A stretch of 64,000 bases of DNA. It comes from an uncultured Acidimicrobiales bacterium. Lineage in GTDB: Bacteria; Actinomycetota; Acidimicrobiia; Acidimicrobiales; UBA10347. How positions within the stretch are numbered: position 1 is the first letter of the stretch; each line of letters begins with the position of its first letter. Where the stretch lies: positions 186,001-250,000 of the forward strand of contig CALSSD010000013.1 of the NCBI GenBank assembly GCA_943788915.1, given 5' to 3'. Positions 1 to 10,283 of the stretch are shown here, piece after piece. The position numbers and the translations under genes were made by a program. Under the pieces are notes generated by a model that saw only the letters and a list, made by a program, of their open reading frames with translations, did no database searches and was not told the DNA's origin.

Positions 1-2
1 CG

Positions 3-287
3 ACACTCACCTGGCCCCGCCAAGTCCCGCTCCAAGGTGAACCCGCCGATGTCGTCGAGATCGTGCAGTCCTACGCCGACTGGCTGTCGACAAGCGAGCT
101 ACCTAAGTTGTTCATCAATGCCGAACCAGGCACCATCTTGACCGGGGCTCAGCGCGACTTCTGCCGGACCTGGCCGAATCAAACCGAGACCACGGTGGCC
201 GGCATCCACTTCATCCAAGAAGACAGCGCCGACGAAATCGGCGAAGCAATCGCTGGTTGGCTTCCTGCAGCGCAAGCGTCTTCCTAG
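3..287 (+). CDS. dhaA: Haloalkane dehalogenase (LinB/DhaA-type alpha/beta hydrolase), C-terminal part; runs off window start
   Basis: Frame open from base 3: [28 protein letters not shown]...[10 protein letters not shown]...[15 protein letters not shown], the typical HLD-II C-terminus with catalytic His in HFIQED. Confidence 0.85.
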   Translation, partial: TLTWPRQVPLQGEPADVVEIVQSYADWLSTSELPKLFINAEPGTILTGAQRDFCRTWPNQTETTVAGIHFIQEDSADEIGEAIAGWLPAAQASS

Positions 288-319
288 GCCTCACCAGGAA
301 TCAACAACGACAACGATTT

Positions 320-1132
320 CTAGACAGAAACAGGCTTCGGCCATACCCGAGGGAATAGATCACACTCGAGCGGTGCGCCCGATTCGAGATCAGGTTCGCG
401 GATCAACGGCTGGAAGCTGCCTTCGGGCCGATACGTCACATCGTCGCCACAGAAGCGTGTCGCCAGCGCCCGCCGAGGCTGATCGGTCGAGTTGCCGGGG
501 GCGTTATGTAGTGTTAAGCCGTGGTGGACGATGCAGTCCCCGGGTTCGATCTCGTAGGTCACGAACTCGTGATCATCTCGTTCCGCCTCGATGTCAGGCA
601 GCGGTTCCAACAAGTCGCCGTAGCGGTTGTCGCCGGTGAAACTCTTGGGCTGAAACCGTTTGCCCCATCGATGCGAACCAACCAGGTACTCGACTGCGCC
701 AGCTGCAACGGGAGCAGGGTCGAAGGGGGTCCAGACGGTGCAGACTTGATCGCCGTCGACCGGCCAATATGGCTGGTCGTGATGCCATGGTGTTGGAGCT
801 TGCGACGCTGGTTGTTTGACGAGCAGCGTGTCGAAGAAGAGCGTCACCCGCTCCTTGGCGCCCAGGACCTGCTGTGCAATCTCAGCCGCCGGGCTGTCGA
901 AGACGAAGGCTCGAAAGTCGTCCTGCCACGTCCACACAAAGCTGTCACCGTGGAACTTTCCCTCGAGCCCTTGGCCCAATTGCAGCGACATTGGGCCAGG
1001 ATGGGCCACCGCGTCGTCAACCGCCGTTTGCATACGAGTGATCCACGCTGCATCGAACATGTCGCGCAGACACACAACACCATCGTTCCAGAACGTCTGC
1101 TTCTCTGCCTCAGTGATCGGTCGTGCGGCCAT
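320..1132 (-). CDS. Phytanoyl-CoA dioxygenase (PhyH) family Fe(II)/2-oxoglutarate dioxygenase
   Basis: TPWHHDQPYW (HxD), distal H in TLHNAPGN, RRALATR 2OG-binding Arg. Confidence 0.9.
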   Translation of the reverse strand: MAARPITEAEKQTFWNDGVVCLRDMFDAAWITRMQTAVDDAVAHPGPMSLQLGQGLEGKFHGDSFVWTWQDDFRAFVFDSPAAEIAQQVLGAKERVTLFFDTLLVKQPASQAPTPWHHDQPYWPVDGDQVCTVWTPFDPAPVAAGAVEYLVGSHRWGKRFQPKSFTGDNRYGDLLEPLPDIEAERDDHEFVTYEIEPGDCIVHHGLTLHNAPGNSTDQPRRALATRFCGDDVTYRPEGSFQPLIREPDLESGAPLECDLFPRVWPKPVSV

Positions 1133-1176
1133 GGTGCGACGCTAGTCCAGCGGCCGCTCATCGACGAGTGCAGTCC

Positions 1177-1340
1177 ATCAGTCGGAGAACGACGTGACCG
1201 GGGTGGTCGGTACCGTCCGCGATGCTTCGCAGCTGCATGGGGTCATTGCTCACCTTGCATCGATGCACGTCGAGATCATCTCGATCGTTTCGCTACCGAG
1301 GTTTCCGGACTGCGTCACCGAAGCGAGACAATCGCTCTGA
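1177..1340 (+). pseudogene. Possible remnant of a small actinobacterial hypothetical protein
   Basis: With one frameshift reads ENDVT/RVVGTVRDASQLHGVIAHLASMHVEIISI, resembling the 'G.VRDQAALHG.L' small-protein pattern; no start found. Confidence 0.3.
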
Positions 1341-1371
1341 AGGAGCCCGACCGCGGCGCGGAACTCAGGGC

Positions 1372-2274
1372 TTATGGCGCAGCGGCGCCGATGGTTTCGC
1401 CCTCGAGCGTGATGCGATGCATAAGACGTCGTTGACCTTGGTAGTCGTTTAACGCCCGATGTTGCACCGCCCGGTTATCCCAGATCGCCATGGAACCTTC
1501 TCGCCAGGTGAACCGGCACGTAAACACCGGGTCCGAGGCGTGCGCCCACAGGAAATGCAACAGTGGCTCTGACTCAGCGTCTGTCCATCCGGTGAAGTTG
1601 GTCGTGAAGTCGCGGTTGACATACAGCGCAGGCCGACCCGAAAGGGGATGTTTGATCACCACGGGATGGGTTGCATCTTGCAGAGCTGCCTGAGCATTAC
1701 CAAGGCGAGCACCAAGGTCATCATCAGCGGCAGCAGGAGCAAGCTTGCCAAACGCAATACGACTCGTGTGGTCAGCCGACATGTGGAGCAGTGTCTCCTT
1801 CATGCCATCGGACAGGGCGTCGTACGCCGCGTACTGCGAAGAGAACAACGTGTCCCCACCTGTCTCCGGGACCACTCGTGCCAGCAAGATCGACCCCATT
1901 GCTGGAATTTGATCATAGGAATGGTCGGTATGCCAGTGAGTACCGATATTGAGTTGCTCGTGTGGTTCCTTGCGGACCTCGGCAATTTGTGGGTGCGTCT
2001 CGACCGCTACAAAGAACCGGTTTACGTTGATGGTCGACCACCGCTCCGCCCACTCGATGTGTTGATCTTCGGTCAGGTGCTGATCTCGAAAGAAGATCAC
2101 GCCGTAGTCCACAAACGCCTGGCGAATCTCGGCGAACTGCTCGTCACTAACGCCCGCGGCTATATCCACGTTGCCAATCTCCGCGCCGACAGCCGGGCTC
2201 GCTGGCGTGACAGTAATTGACGTCGGGCCAGACTCGGCCTGCACAGTTGTCATGGACACGCTGGTAGTAGACAT
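1372..2274 (-). CDS. TauD/TfdA family 2-oxoglutarate-dependent dioxygenase
   Basis: GVIFFRDQHL, WHTDHSY, GGDTLF, WDNRAVQHRA, RLMHRITL. Confidence 0.92.
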   Translation of the reverse strand: MSTTSVSMTTVQAESGPTSITVTPASPAVGAEIGNVDIAAGVSDEQFAEIRQAFVDYGVIFFRDQHLTEDQHIEWAERWSTINVNRFFVAVETHPQIAEVRKEPHEQLNIGTHWHTDHSYDQIPAMGSILLARVVPETGGDTLFSSQYAAYDALSDGMKETLLHMSADHTSRIAFGKLAPAAADDDLGARLGNAQAALQDATHPVVIKHPLSGRPALYVNRDFTTNFTGWTDAESEPLLHFLWAHASDPVFTCRFTWREGSMAIWDNRAVQHRALNDYQGQRRLMHRITLEGETIGAAAP

Positions 2275-2407
2275 GTTCTTCCTTCAGTCGAAGAGACCGG
2301 AACTCGCTGGGGACGACCACCGGTCACGGTGCTCGTGTTCGATAGTAGGTTTGATGGCGGACATGACCAAGCGGCAGTTGCAGGGGACTCTGTGCGGTCG
2401 AGAAAGA

Positions 2408-2920
2408 TCAGGAGAAAAGACCAGTGATGAGGTCGCTTCGGTCGAAGTTGCCGACATGGGCGATGTACTCGTCCTGCAGTTTGTACAGAACGACAAATAT
2501 CCAGATCCCAACTCGGTGGCGGTGGTAGATGTCGACGACCCGCTCGGGTTTGAAATGGCGGATTGTGGCGTAGATCAGAAAGAGCGGCTCAAGGAAGTTG
2601 GGGAAGAAGAAGAAGATGATCTCCTCGCCGGTGATGAAGAACAGCAACTGACCAACGGTGCGGAAGACGAACAGCGCAACGATGGTGCGTTTGATCGTCC
2701 ACTCGCGGGCTACGAACACCATGCCCACGTAGGTGCACCAGTCGGCCGCCTTGTCGATCAATTGGTAGGGCCCGTCCTCGAGACCCAGTGGAATGAGCAG
2801 GTCACCGTCGACCGTGTCGAGCACGAAGTTCGCCCAGCCAGCAGCGAACGGGAAACGAACAATCAACACCGGGATCGCGAACTTCGCAACCACGATCACG
2901 CCGATGATGATCACTTTCAT
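2408..2920 (-). CDS. Hypothetical integral membrane protein
   Basis: Several hydrophobic helices, LDTVDGD and IDKAAD acidic motifs; start uncertain (2920 or 2953). Confidence 0.7.
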   Translation of the reverse strand: MKVIIIGVIVVAKFAIPVLIVRFPFAAGWANFVLDTVDGDLLIPLGLEDGPYQLIDKAADWCTYVGMVFVAREWTIKRTIVALFVFRTVGQLLFFITGEEIIFFFFPNFLEPLFLIYATIRHFKPERVVDIYHRHRVGIWIFVVLYKLQDEYIAHVGNFDRSDLITGLFS

Positions 2921-3217
2921 ACGCCACCGCTCATGAGCGAGACCGAGATCCAACGGACACGGCGGTGGATCGAACTCTCATCCGAACCTTTGGCTACATC
3001 GTGACTGTTTCATACTAGGCACAGTCTCCAAGCAGCCCGGGGTGTCGCAGCAACCAGGCCGTCGAGCGAGGTGCCGCCCGAGTCGAGTGAGAGCACTCTC
3101 GCTCCGACCGCGGGTAGCCGAGTTGGACATCGCCCTAACCGGATGGGCCAGCCCGGTCGAAGTTGAGATCATGACGGATCAAGATCATCTGGCCGGTCAA
3201 CCAGTCAGCCAACCCGC

Positions 3218-4129
3218 TCAGCCCCGAGCTAGTCCGCCGACCAGCTGCATTGTTGCATCCGCAGTCGCCGCCGATCGGGGTATGACGGCGACGAAATCGG
3301 TGACACCGATCTCGGCGTAGGCACGTAGTCCGGACTCAATCGCTTGCTGATCACCAATGACAGCGACATCAGCTGGCATCGCTGCGCCCCCACGGTCAAG
3401 AGTCGCTCGGTAGGATGGTATTTGGCCGTACATCTTGAATGTCTCGTTGATCGTGTCACGTCCGGCGTCGGCGTCGTCGCTTAGAAGTACCGGCACCATG
3501 GCAACGAAACGAGGCGACTGCCTGCCAGCCTTGGCGGCAGCTTCGCTCATCGTCGGGATGGCCGCGTCGCGTAAGAAGTCGACACCACCCATCCAGGTAA
3601 TCGTGCCGTCGGCAAGCCGTCCGCATAACCGCAACATCGCTGGTCCGAGGGCGGCAACAAGAACGGGGGGCTTGCGGGCTCCATCGACACCCACCTGAGC
3701 CTTCACCTGGTACTCATCGCCGTCGTATTTCACGACCTCGCCGTCGAGCAGACCATTGAGGATGTTCAAATAGTCACGAGTATGGGGAATCGGGCGCGAA
3801 TAGTCGAGGCCCAGGCTGTCCTCGATGAAGAACTTGTGGCTGAGTCCAATACCCAACGCGAGTCTGTTGTTGGTGGCGTCTTGCACCGTGAGCGCCTGCT
3901 GCGCCATCGCGGTGGGATGACGGGGATAGGTCGGCACGACCGCGGTCCCCAGTTCGATACTCGAGGTGTGGCTGCCCGCAAGCGCCAGCGCCATCAACGC
4001 GTCGACCGTTCCGACCTGGGGAAGCCACACCGAGGCGAACCCGGCTTCCTCGGCGGCAACCGCACGTTCGACCAGCCCTAGGGTGCCCACCGGGTCACCC
4101 GGCATCGACAACATCGTTCCAATTCTCAT
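3218..4129 (-). CDS. LLM-class F420-dependent oxidoreductase (MSMEG_4879-like)
   Basis: GFASVWLPQ, ELGTAVVPTYPRHP, LALGIGLSH, VAALGPAMLRLCGRLADGTITW. Confidence 0.88.
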   Translation of the reverse strand: MRIGTMLSMPGDPVGTLGLVERAVAAEEAGFASVWLPQVGTVDALMALALAGSHTSSIELGTAVVPTYPRHPTAMAQQALTVQDATNNRLALGIGLSHKFFIEDSLGLDYSRPIPHTRDYLNILNGLLDGEVVKYDGDEYQVKAQVGVDGARKPPVLVAALGPAMLRLCGRLADGTITWMGGVDFLRDAAIPTMSEAAAKAGRQSPRFVAMVPVLLSDDADAGRDTINETFKMYGQIPSYRATLDRGGAAMPADVAVIGDQQAIESGLRAYAEIGVTDFVAVIPRSAATADATMQLVGGLARG

Positions 4130-4280
4130 GGGGCGGCTCTCTCTGTCCTTCGGCAGTCCTGGTCAGGATGTCCGACCCGGTCGATCGAATCCTGACGGTT
4201 GAGTATTCCGTGTGTCAAACCGTGCTTGGTTTGGTTGACCGGGGTTCGTTTCCCAGTGCGCTGTCGGTGATACTCACTAC

Positions 4281-4763
4281 ATGGTCAGCTTTGGTTCTAC
4301 CGACGGCAATGTGCTTTATCTCGGTGTATGTGCGGTGCCCGGGGCCGAACGAATCGTCGATCGGGTCAAGGCCGAGCAGGCAGCGGGTTGGGACGTCTGC
4401 TTGTTGGCCACGGAACGTGCGTTGCACTGGTTCGATCCCGACGAGGCAAGCGCCGCAACCGGACATGAACTGCAGACCCGCATGCGTATCTACGGTGAAC
4501 CTTTGTTCGAGCCGCTCGGCGACAAGATGGTGATTGCGCCCGCCGGGTTCAACACCATCAACAAGATCGCCCTCGGTCTGGCTGACGACATGGTCAGCGG
4601 GCTGGCGTGCGAGGCCATCGCCCGGGGTGTGTCGCTCACGATCGAACCCCAGATGAGCGATGGGTTCTCCAATCATCCGATCTTTGCCGAGTCGATTTCC
4701 CGACTCAGCAATGCGGGTGTCCAGTTCATCTGGCACGACGAGGCAATTCGCCCCGACCTGTGA
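4281..4763 (+). CDS. Stand-alone HFCD-fold flavoprotein (CoaC/EpiD/UbiX superfamily)
   Basis: VLYLGVCA, GWDVCLLATERA, VIAPAGFNTINKIALGLADD, PQM motif. Confidence 0.8.
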   Translation: MVSFGSTDGNVLYLGVCAVPGAERIVDRVKAEQAAGWDVCLLATERALHWFDPDEASAATGHELQTRMRIYGEPLFEPLGDKMVIAPAGFNTINKIALGLADDMVSGLACEAIARGVSLTIEPQMSDGFSNHPIFAESISRLSNAGVQFIWHDEAIRPDL

Positions 4764-4818
4764 GCCTTCAGAGATGTGGCTCCGGCTCGACTAATGTCAC
4801 AGAGATGGAAGACACCGC

Positions 4819-5289
4819 ATGAGTTGGTTGGTCGAGGGAGCAGCGACACGAGACGATCTTTTGGCGCTGCATCCAGCGCTGGCCGCCGACCACCACCGTC
4901 TCATGGACGAGGTGTGGCAGGCATCTGTCGACCCTCGAATTCTCGAGTTGTGCCGGTTGCGTATGGCGACCATCCTGGGCAACCAGGTGGCGTGGAGCGA
5001 ACCTCGATCAGTAGCAGCAGTGGCCGCCGGGCTCGACGAGTCATTGGTGGCATCACTTGCATCGTGGTCTACGGATCCTGGCTTCGATGCGGCAACCAGG
5101 GTCTGTCTCGGTTTGGCCGAGCAGTACGTGATCGATGTCCACGGCATCACTGATACCCAAGTCGCAGAGGTCGAAGGCCACCTCGGCCCCGACGGTGTTA
5201 TCACCCTGACCACCGCCTTGGCCGCGTGGGAGATCACCCACCGTTTCGACAACGCATTTCTCGACACCACCTCGACAGGAGCCTCCTGA
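4819..5289 (+). CDS. Carboxymuconolactone decarboxylase (CMD)/AhpD-like protein lacking the CxxC motif
   Basis: DPRILELCRLRMATILG...AAGLDE...FDAATRVCLGLAEQY...LTTALA; stop overlaps the next start (TGATG). Confidence 0.8.
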   Translation: MSWLVEGAATRDDLLALHPALAADHHRLMDEVWQASVDPRILELCRLRMATILGNQVAWSEPRSVAAVAAGLDESLVASLASWSTDPGFDAATRVCLGLAEQYVIDVHGITDTQVAEVEGHLGPDGVITLTTALAAWEITHRFDNAFLDTTSTGAS

Positions 5290-5801
5290 TGTCCACCACT
5301 CCCCGACTGGCATCGGCCATCGAAGGCAAAGCCGCCTCCAGCCGAAGCATCATGGCCCATAGCCCTCAGGTGCGAGCCGCGTTCGACCAGATGTATGCCA
5401 CTCTCTGGTCCCGAGGCGCCGTCGATGTCGACGTGAAGGAACTGGTGCGACTTCGCAATGCACGAGTGACCGACTGCGGCCTTTGACGACAGGTCCGATT
5501 TGACCAGGCCCGTGAGGCCGGTCTCACCGAAGACCTTGTTGACGACATTACCGATGACCACCAACACGGTGATCTACCCAAACGTTACAAGGCGGCATTG
5601 GCCTGGGCCGACAACCTGCTGGCCGGCGGCTCTGAACCCGACAGCGAACTCAAAGCACGGCTGCGGCTGCACTTCACCGATGCCGAAATCATGGAACTCA
5701 CCTATGCAATGTGCAGCTTCATTGGCTATTCAAAGCAGCTGATCATGCTCGGCCTTGAGCCCGAAACCATGCCGGTTATCGGCGTACCAATCCCTAGCTG
5801 A
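5289..5801 (+). CDS. AhpD/CMD-family probable selenoprotein with CxxU motif (Sec at TGA 5484-5486), 170 aa
   Basis: ORFs 5226-5486 and 5598-5801 share a frame separated only by one TGA. Read-through gives KELVRLRNARVTDCGL-U-RQVRFDQAREAGLTEDLVDDI...YKAALAWAD...HFTDAEIMELT, a complete CMD fold. Confidence 0.85.
5502..5523 (+). promoter_or_regulatory. Putative bacterial SECIS hairpin
   Basis: GACC-A-GGCC-[CGTGA]-GGCC-GGTC: 8-bp stem with a bulged A and a 5-nt loop with G at position 2; 24 nt separate the UGA from the loop. Confidence 0.65.
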
Positions 5802-5814
5802 ACACGACTTCGTC

Positions 5815-7326
5815 ATGACTGCCGCTCCGACGAGTTCGTATGACTACATCATTGTTGGCGGGGGTTCCGCTGGCTGTGTTCTGGCGGCCCACCTGAGTAC
5901 CAACCCGAACACCCAGGTACTGCTGCTCGAAGCCGGTCCAGATTGGCGATCTGTCGACGCCACCGCTGAGCTCCGTTCACTGAACCCGGGCCGGATCATC
6001 GGTCAAGAGAAGTTCGATCAGTTCCAGTGGCCCACCTTGAACGCAGCTCGAGTCGCCGGTCAAGATCAGCGCCTTTTTTGGCGGGGCCGCGGGCTGGGTG
6101 GCAGCTCAAATATCAACGGCATGATTGCCATACGCCCTGTGCCCGACGATTGGGACCGCTGGGATCAACCAACGTGGACACACGACGCGGTACTTCCTGC
6201 CTTGAACCGGATCGAATCCGATGTCGACTTCGGTGCCAAGCCCTACCACGGTGCCGACGGACCCCTTCCCGTCTTTCGGATACCGCAGGACGATTGGGGC
6301 CCAACCGATCGTGCGCTGTGGGATGCTGCAGTCCATAGCGGGTATCCGTCATGCCCCGATCACAATGCACCAACCGGCACCGGCGTGTCCCCGTATGCAA
6401 TAAACGGCGACCCGGTGAGCCACGAACGGATAACGGCCAACGATGCCTGGCTCGAACCGGCACGCGACCGCCCGAATCTCACCATCATTGGCGAAGCACT
6501 TGTCGACCAGGTCTTGCTCGACGGCACCCAAGCCGTGGGCGTCCGGGTCCAGATCAACGATGCATGGACGAACATCCACGGCGACGAAGTGATTCTTGCT
6601 GCCGGCGCCGTGCATTCCCCGGCAATTCTCTTGCGGACGGGTATAGGTCCCGAGTCTGGGCTGCCAGTCGGTGTTGGCTTGCAGGACCATGCCAACGCGA
6701 TTCTGTTCGTCGACTATCACGACGGCCACGAACCCAAGACGGTCGATGATCGCCACACCAATTGTTGCCTGCGGTACTCCTCCGGACTCGCTGGGGCCGG
6801 CGAAAACGACATGATGATCTTGGCGATGAATCATTCGCCCCGGATCACAACCGGTGGCCTGCTCCTCGCATGGGTGAACCAGTCATTCTCACGCGGCGCG
6901 TTGCGGCTGGCATCTAAGGATCCGACCGTTCATCCGATCATCGATGAGAACATGTTGTCTGACCGCAGGGACCTTGAGCGACTCCGCGACGCTACCCGTC
7001 GCATGTGGGGCCTCAGCCGACAACCAGGCTTCCGGGCGATCGTCAAACACGTCTCCATCGACACCCGTGGTACGCCACTCGCCGCTCTCGACTCGAATGC
7101 AGCACTCGATGACTGGCTGAGAGCCACGTCGTCGGATGCCCAACACATCTGTGCAACCGCTGCGATGGGCCGGGTGGTGGACGCCGATTGTCAGGTGTTT
7201 GGCCACAACTCGCTGCGAGTGATCGACGCGTCGGTATTCCCCGAAGTTCCCCGGGCAAACACCCATCTCATGACCCTTGCGCTAGCCGACGAGATGGCCC
7301 ACAGGTTGTCCGCCGGGTCTAGCTAG
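5815..7326 (+). CDS. GMC (glucose-methanol-choline) family FAD oxidoreductase
   Basis: YDYIIVGGGSAG, RGRGLGGSSNINGM, AGAVHSPAILLRTGIG, LRVIDASVFP...ANTHL. Confidence 0.93.
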   Translation: MTAAPTSSYDYIIVGGGSAGCVLAAHLSTNPNTQVLLLEAGPDWRSVDATAELRSLNPGRIIGQEKFDQFQWPTLNAARVAGQDQRLFWRGRGLGGSSNINGMIAIRPVPDDWDRWDQPTWTHDAVLPALNRIESDVDFGAKPYHGADGPLPVFRIPQDDWGPTDRALWDAAVHSGYPSCPDHNAPTGTGVSPYAINGDPVSHERITANDAWLEPARDRPNLTIIGEALVDQVLLDGTQAVGVRVQINDAWTNIHGDEVILAAGAVHSPAILLRTGIGPESGLPVGVGLQDHANAILFVDYHDGHEPKTVDDRHTNCCLRYSSGLAGAGENDMMILAMNHSPRITTGGLLLAWVNQSFSRGALRLASKDPTVHPIIDENMLSDRRDLERLRDATRRMWGLSRQPGFRAIVKHVSIDTRGTPLAALDSNAALDDWLRATSSDAQHICATAAMGRVVDADCQVFGHNSLRVIDASVFPEVPRANTHLMTLALADEMAHRLSAGSS

Positions 7327-7423
7327 AGCGCGCTGGCTTCGCAGAACCAGGCTTAGCTTGGATCCAGATAGTGATTCGCCGCCGAGAGCGTCGAGCCGAT
7401 TGACGACCTGTCTCTTTGGCCGA

Positions 7424-9160
7424 TCAGCGTCGGCCCCGCACAAGGACGCCGGGGCGGGCGCCTGACGGTTCGCCGTCCTGCCAGGTGACTTCGCCCGACA
7501 CGACCGTGTATCGATAACCTTCGGCCTTCTGCAGCAGCCGTGGTGCGTCTGCCGGGAGATCGTGCACCATCTCAGGTGGTGATAGCCTCAGCCGCTCGTA
7601 GTCGATGACGTTCACGTCACCCCGCTTGCCGACCTCGAGCGTGCCACGATCGCCAAGGCCGTAAATCTGGGCCGTGTCGTGGGTCTGTAGTTTTACCGCT
7701 TCTTCAAGGCCGAGCTTCGGGCCGTTGGTCCGGTCTCGAGTCCAGTGTGTCAGCAGATAGGTCGGCGTCGACGCGTCGCAGATCAAACGGCAATGAGCAC
7801 CACCGTCGCTAAGACTCAGGAATGCGCCGTGATGCTGCAGCCGCTCATAGGTCGGATTGAGCGAATGTTCAGCGAAGTCGGTGAGCGGGAAGAACATCAG
7901 ACCCTTGCCGTCGTTCTCGAGCATCACGTCGTAGGCAAACTCGTAGGGATCACGACCAGCAGCCTCGGCCCTGGCCTGCACACAATCGTCGACTGATGGT
8001 TCGTAGTTCGGTTCGGCCCCAAGTGGGTACATCTTGTGGAAGCCGTGGGCTACGTCGTGATTGAAGCGACCGGTGTAGCCGGTTTCTTCGGCAAGGATCG
8101 CTGCCTTGACTTCGGCCTTGCGGAGCTCAGCCACTCGTTCAGCAAGCGGAAGATCAGCCAACGTCAGATACGTCGGGTGCATCTTGAATGGGTGAAGCGA
8201 GGTCTCGAATCCGAACAGCAGGCCCGCGGGGCGACCCGCTACCTGGGCTATGACCTGGCCATCGCCTGCCATGGGAGCCGACGAAAGATCGAGCAACTCC
8301 CGCCACTGGTCTGGGTCGCGATCGGATTGAGAAAGTGCATAGGTGACCGTCAGACCGTGTTCCGCAGCCAGTTGCCGCATCCAATCGATGTCGGTGCTGA
8401 AGTCACCTTCGAGCCCACCCAGGCCAATGTCGCTCGCAACCTCTACGACCCCTCCGCCGCCGGCAGCGACGGCCTTGCCTAGCGCCACCATCTCTTCGGC
8501 ACCAGCGAATGTGCCAGGCACCGGTTCGCCATCAAGGGCTCGATGAAGTCGTGTCCGTGACGAACTGAACCCAAGCGCACCAGCTCTGACACCCTCTTCG
8601 ACGATCTCGGCCATGGTGGCGAGGTCCTGGGCCGTGGCTTCTTCGTTTCGAGCGCCTCGGTCGCCCATCACGTAGGCCCGCACCGAGCCATGAGGAACGT
8701 GGGTGGCAATGTCCATAACTCGAGGCATTCGTTCGAGCGCGTCGAGATACTCAGGGAACGTCTCCCACTGCCAGTCGATGCCATCGGCCAGCGCCGCTCC
8801 GGGGATGTCTTCGACACCCTCCATGAGCTGGATCAGCCACTCGTGCTTGTCGGGTCGAGCCGGGGCGAAACCAACACCACAATTACCGAACACGGTCGTG
8901 GTCACGCCGTGCCATGACGACGGTGACAGTTCGGGATCCCAGGTGGCCTGGCCGTCGTAATGGGTGTGGACGTCTACCCAACCCGGGGTTACGAGCAATC
9001 CGGTTGCGTCGATCTCTCGGGTGCCAGGGCCGACGTCGGTGCCAATGGCAACAACGATGCCGACACCGTTGTCGTCCTTGTCGATCGCCACATCGGCGAT
9101 TCGCGCCCGCGCCCCTGTGCCATCGACAACATTGCCGTTACGGATAACCAGATCGTGCAT
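7424..9160 (-). CDS. N-acyl-D-amino-acid deacylase family amidohydrolase (paralog 1)
   Basis: [37 protein letters not shown]. Confidence 0.92.
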   Translation of the reverse strand: MHDLVIRNGNVVDGTGARARIADVAIDKDDNGVGIVVAIGTDVGPGTREIDATGLLVTPGWVDVHTHYDGQATWDPELSPSSWHGVTTTVFGNCGVGFAPARPDKHEWLIQLMEGVEDIPGAALADGIDWQWETFPEYLDALERMPRVMDIATHVPHGSVRAYVMGDRGARNEEATAQDLATMAEIVEEGVRAGALGFSSSRTRLHRALDGEPVPGTFAGAEEMVALGKAVAAGGGGVVEVASDIGLGGLEGDFSTDIDWMRQLAAEHGLTVTYALSQSDRDPDQWRELLDLSSAPMAGDGQVIAQVAGRPAGLLFGFETSLHPFKMHPTYLTLADLPLAERVAELRKAEVKAAILAEETGYTGRFNHDVAHGFHKMYPLGAEPNYEPSVDDCVQARAEAAGRDPYEFAYDVMLENDGKGLMFFPLTDFAEHSLNPTYERLQHHGAFLSLSDGGAHCRLICDASTPTYLLTHWTRDRTNGPKLGLEEAVKLQTHDTAQIYGLGDRGTLEVGKRGDVNVIDYERLRLSPPEMVHDLPADAPRLLQKAEGYRYTVVSGEVTWQDGEPSGARPGVLVRGRR

Positions 9161-9309
9161 GACTGTCCCCCATGGAGCGCGTTACGTTCTGCTGATGTGT
9201 GGTGCGTCGCGCTCGTTGCTCACGACGTTAGCAATCACCGCTAATCGGCTGCCAAACAGCACAGCGGCTGGTTGGCACTCACAGGTTGTGCCTCACCTCT
9301 GCGACGACA

Positions 9310-9636
9310 TCACCGAAGAGGTGAAAAGTCCGTAGGTGTCATGATCCGGTTCTCGATCAGCGAGACGATTGGACCGTCGGCTTCGGACGCTGCCTTGGCC
9401 TCTATCCAGTCAGGATCAGCCACGAAACTTGCCCATGCCAGATCGCGTTGCGCGAGATTCTCGAAACCCACGATGTACCACAGCTGGTCATTGCGACCAC
9501 CGATCGAGTTCAGCCAGTAACCAACATTGCTGATCCCATGTTTCTCGAACAGTTCGGTGGTGTGGTCGCGAAAACGAGCGAGGAGCGCCCCCATCTTTCC
9601 TGGATGAACGGTGTAAATACGAAGCTCGTGAATCAT
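9310..9636 (-). CDS. NIPSNAP family protein
   Basis: MIHELRIYTVHPGK...VGYW...AWASFVADPDW...PTDFSPLR. Confidence 0.92.
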   Translation of the reverse strand: MIHELRIYTVHPGKMGALLARFRDHTTELFEKHGISNVGYWLNSIGGRNDQLWYIVGFENLAQRDLAWASFVADPDWIEAKAASEADGPIVSLIENRIMTPTDFSPLR

Positions 9637-9724
9637 GCACCATTCCTAGTCGCCCGTCGGGTTCCGGTGTTCTTTCGCCTCGGCAGCCCGGGTGTTGCAT
9701 ACTCACGGCTAGAGGGAGAACCTG

Positions 9725-10150
9725 ATGCACCACGATCCGAAACAACTCATGCGCACCTACCTCGAAGAGGTCGTCAACAACGGACAGCTTGACCTCATCG
9801 ATGAGTTAGCCCATCGCGACGTAGTCGACGAGGCCAACCAGGCATTCAACGGGCCACCAGGGCGAGCCGGGTTGGTCGCCCACGTGAAGGGCTTTCGTCG
9901 CAACATCGACGCTCTCGACATCACCATCACACGGATTGTCGGCGACGACACCACGGTGATGTCTTGGTGGTCCTTCACCGGTATCCATGCCGGGCCGTGG
10001 CTTGGACAACCGCCTACCAATCGACCGATTACCGGCACCGTGTTCAGCTTCTTCGACCTGGTCGACGGCCGTATCAGCCGCTACCAGCTCTGGCTCCACG
10101 CCGGCTTCGACGACCCAATCGTCTTCGATACCTCCACGCCCTACAAATGA
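9725..10150 (+). CDS. SnoaL-like ester cyclase / NTF2-fold protein
   Basis: EEVVNNGQLDLIDEL, FTGIHAGPWLGQPPTNRPI, DGRI. Confidence 0.85.
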   Translation: MHHDPKQLMRTYLEEVVNNGQLDLIDELAHRDVVDEANQAFNGPPGRAGLVAHVKGFRRNIDALDITITRIVGDDTTVMSWWSFTGIHAGPWLGQPPTNRPITGTVFSFFDLVDGRISRYQLWLHAGFDDPIVFDTSTPYK

Positions 10151-10283
10151 ACGAACATGGCGATCCCACCAAACATGGGCTGGCCGTCGCCAGCGGCTAT
10201 TAGCCCTGCGACACCCTTGACGCATAACGTTGGGCCGCCGCCGAAAGCACGGCGACTTCAGATCAACGTGAGAGTGAGACACC

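Noticed and set aside
4281..4763. LanD/EpiD RiPP decarboxylase or CoaBC
   Set aside because: No precursor peptide, lanthipeptide enzymes or CoaB domain nearby, and the catalytic motifs are not evident.
5815..7326. Mycofactocin system MftG assignment
   Set aside because: There is general GMC similarity, but no mftA-F genes are in the window. It cannot be assigned without an HMM search.
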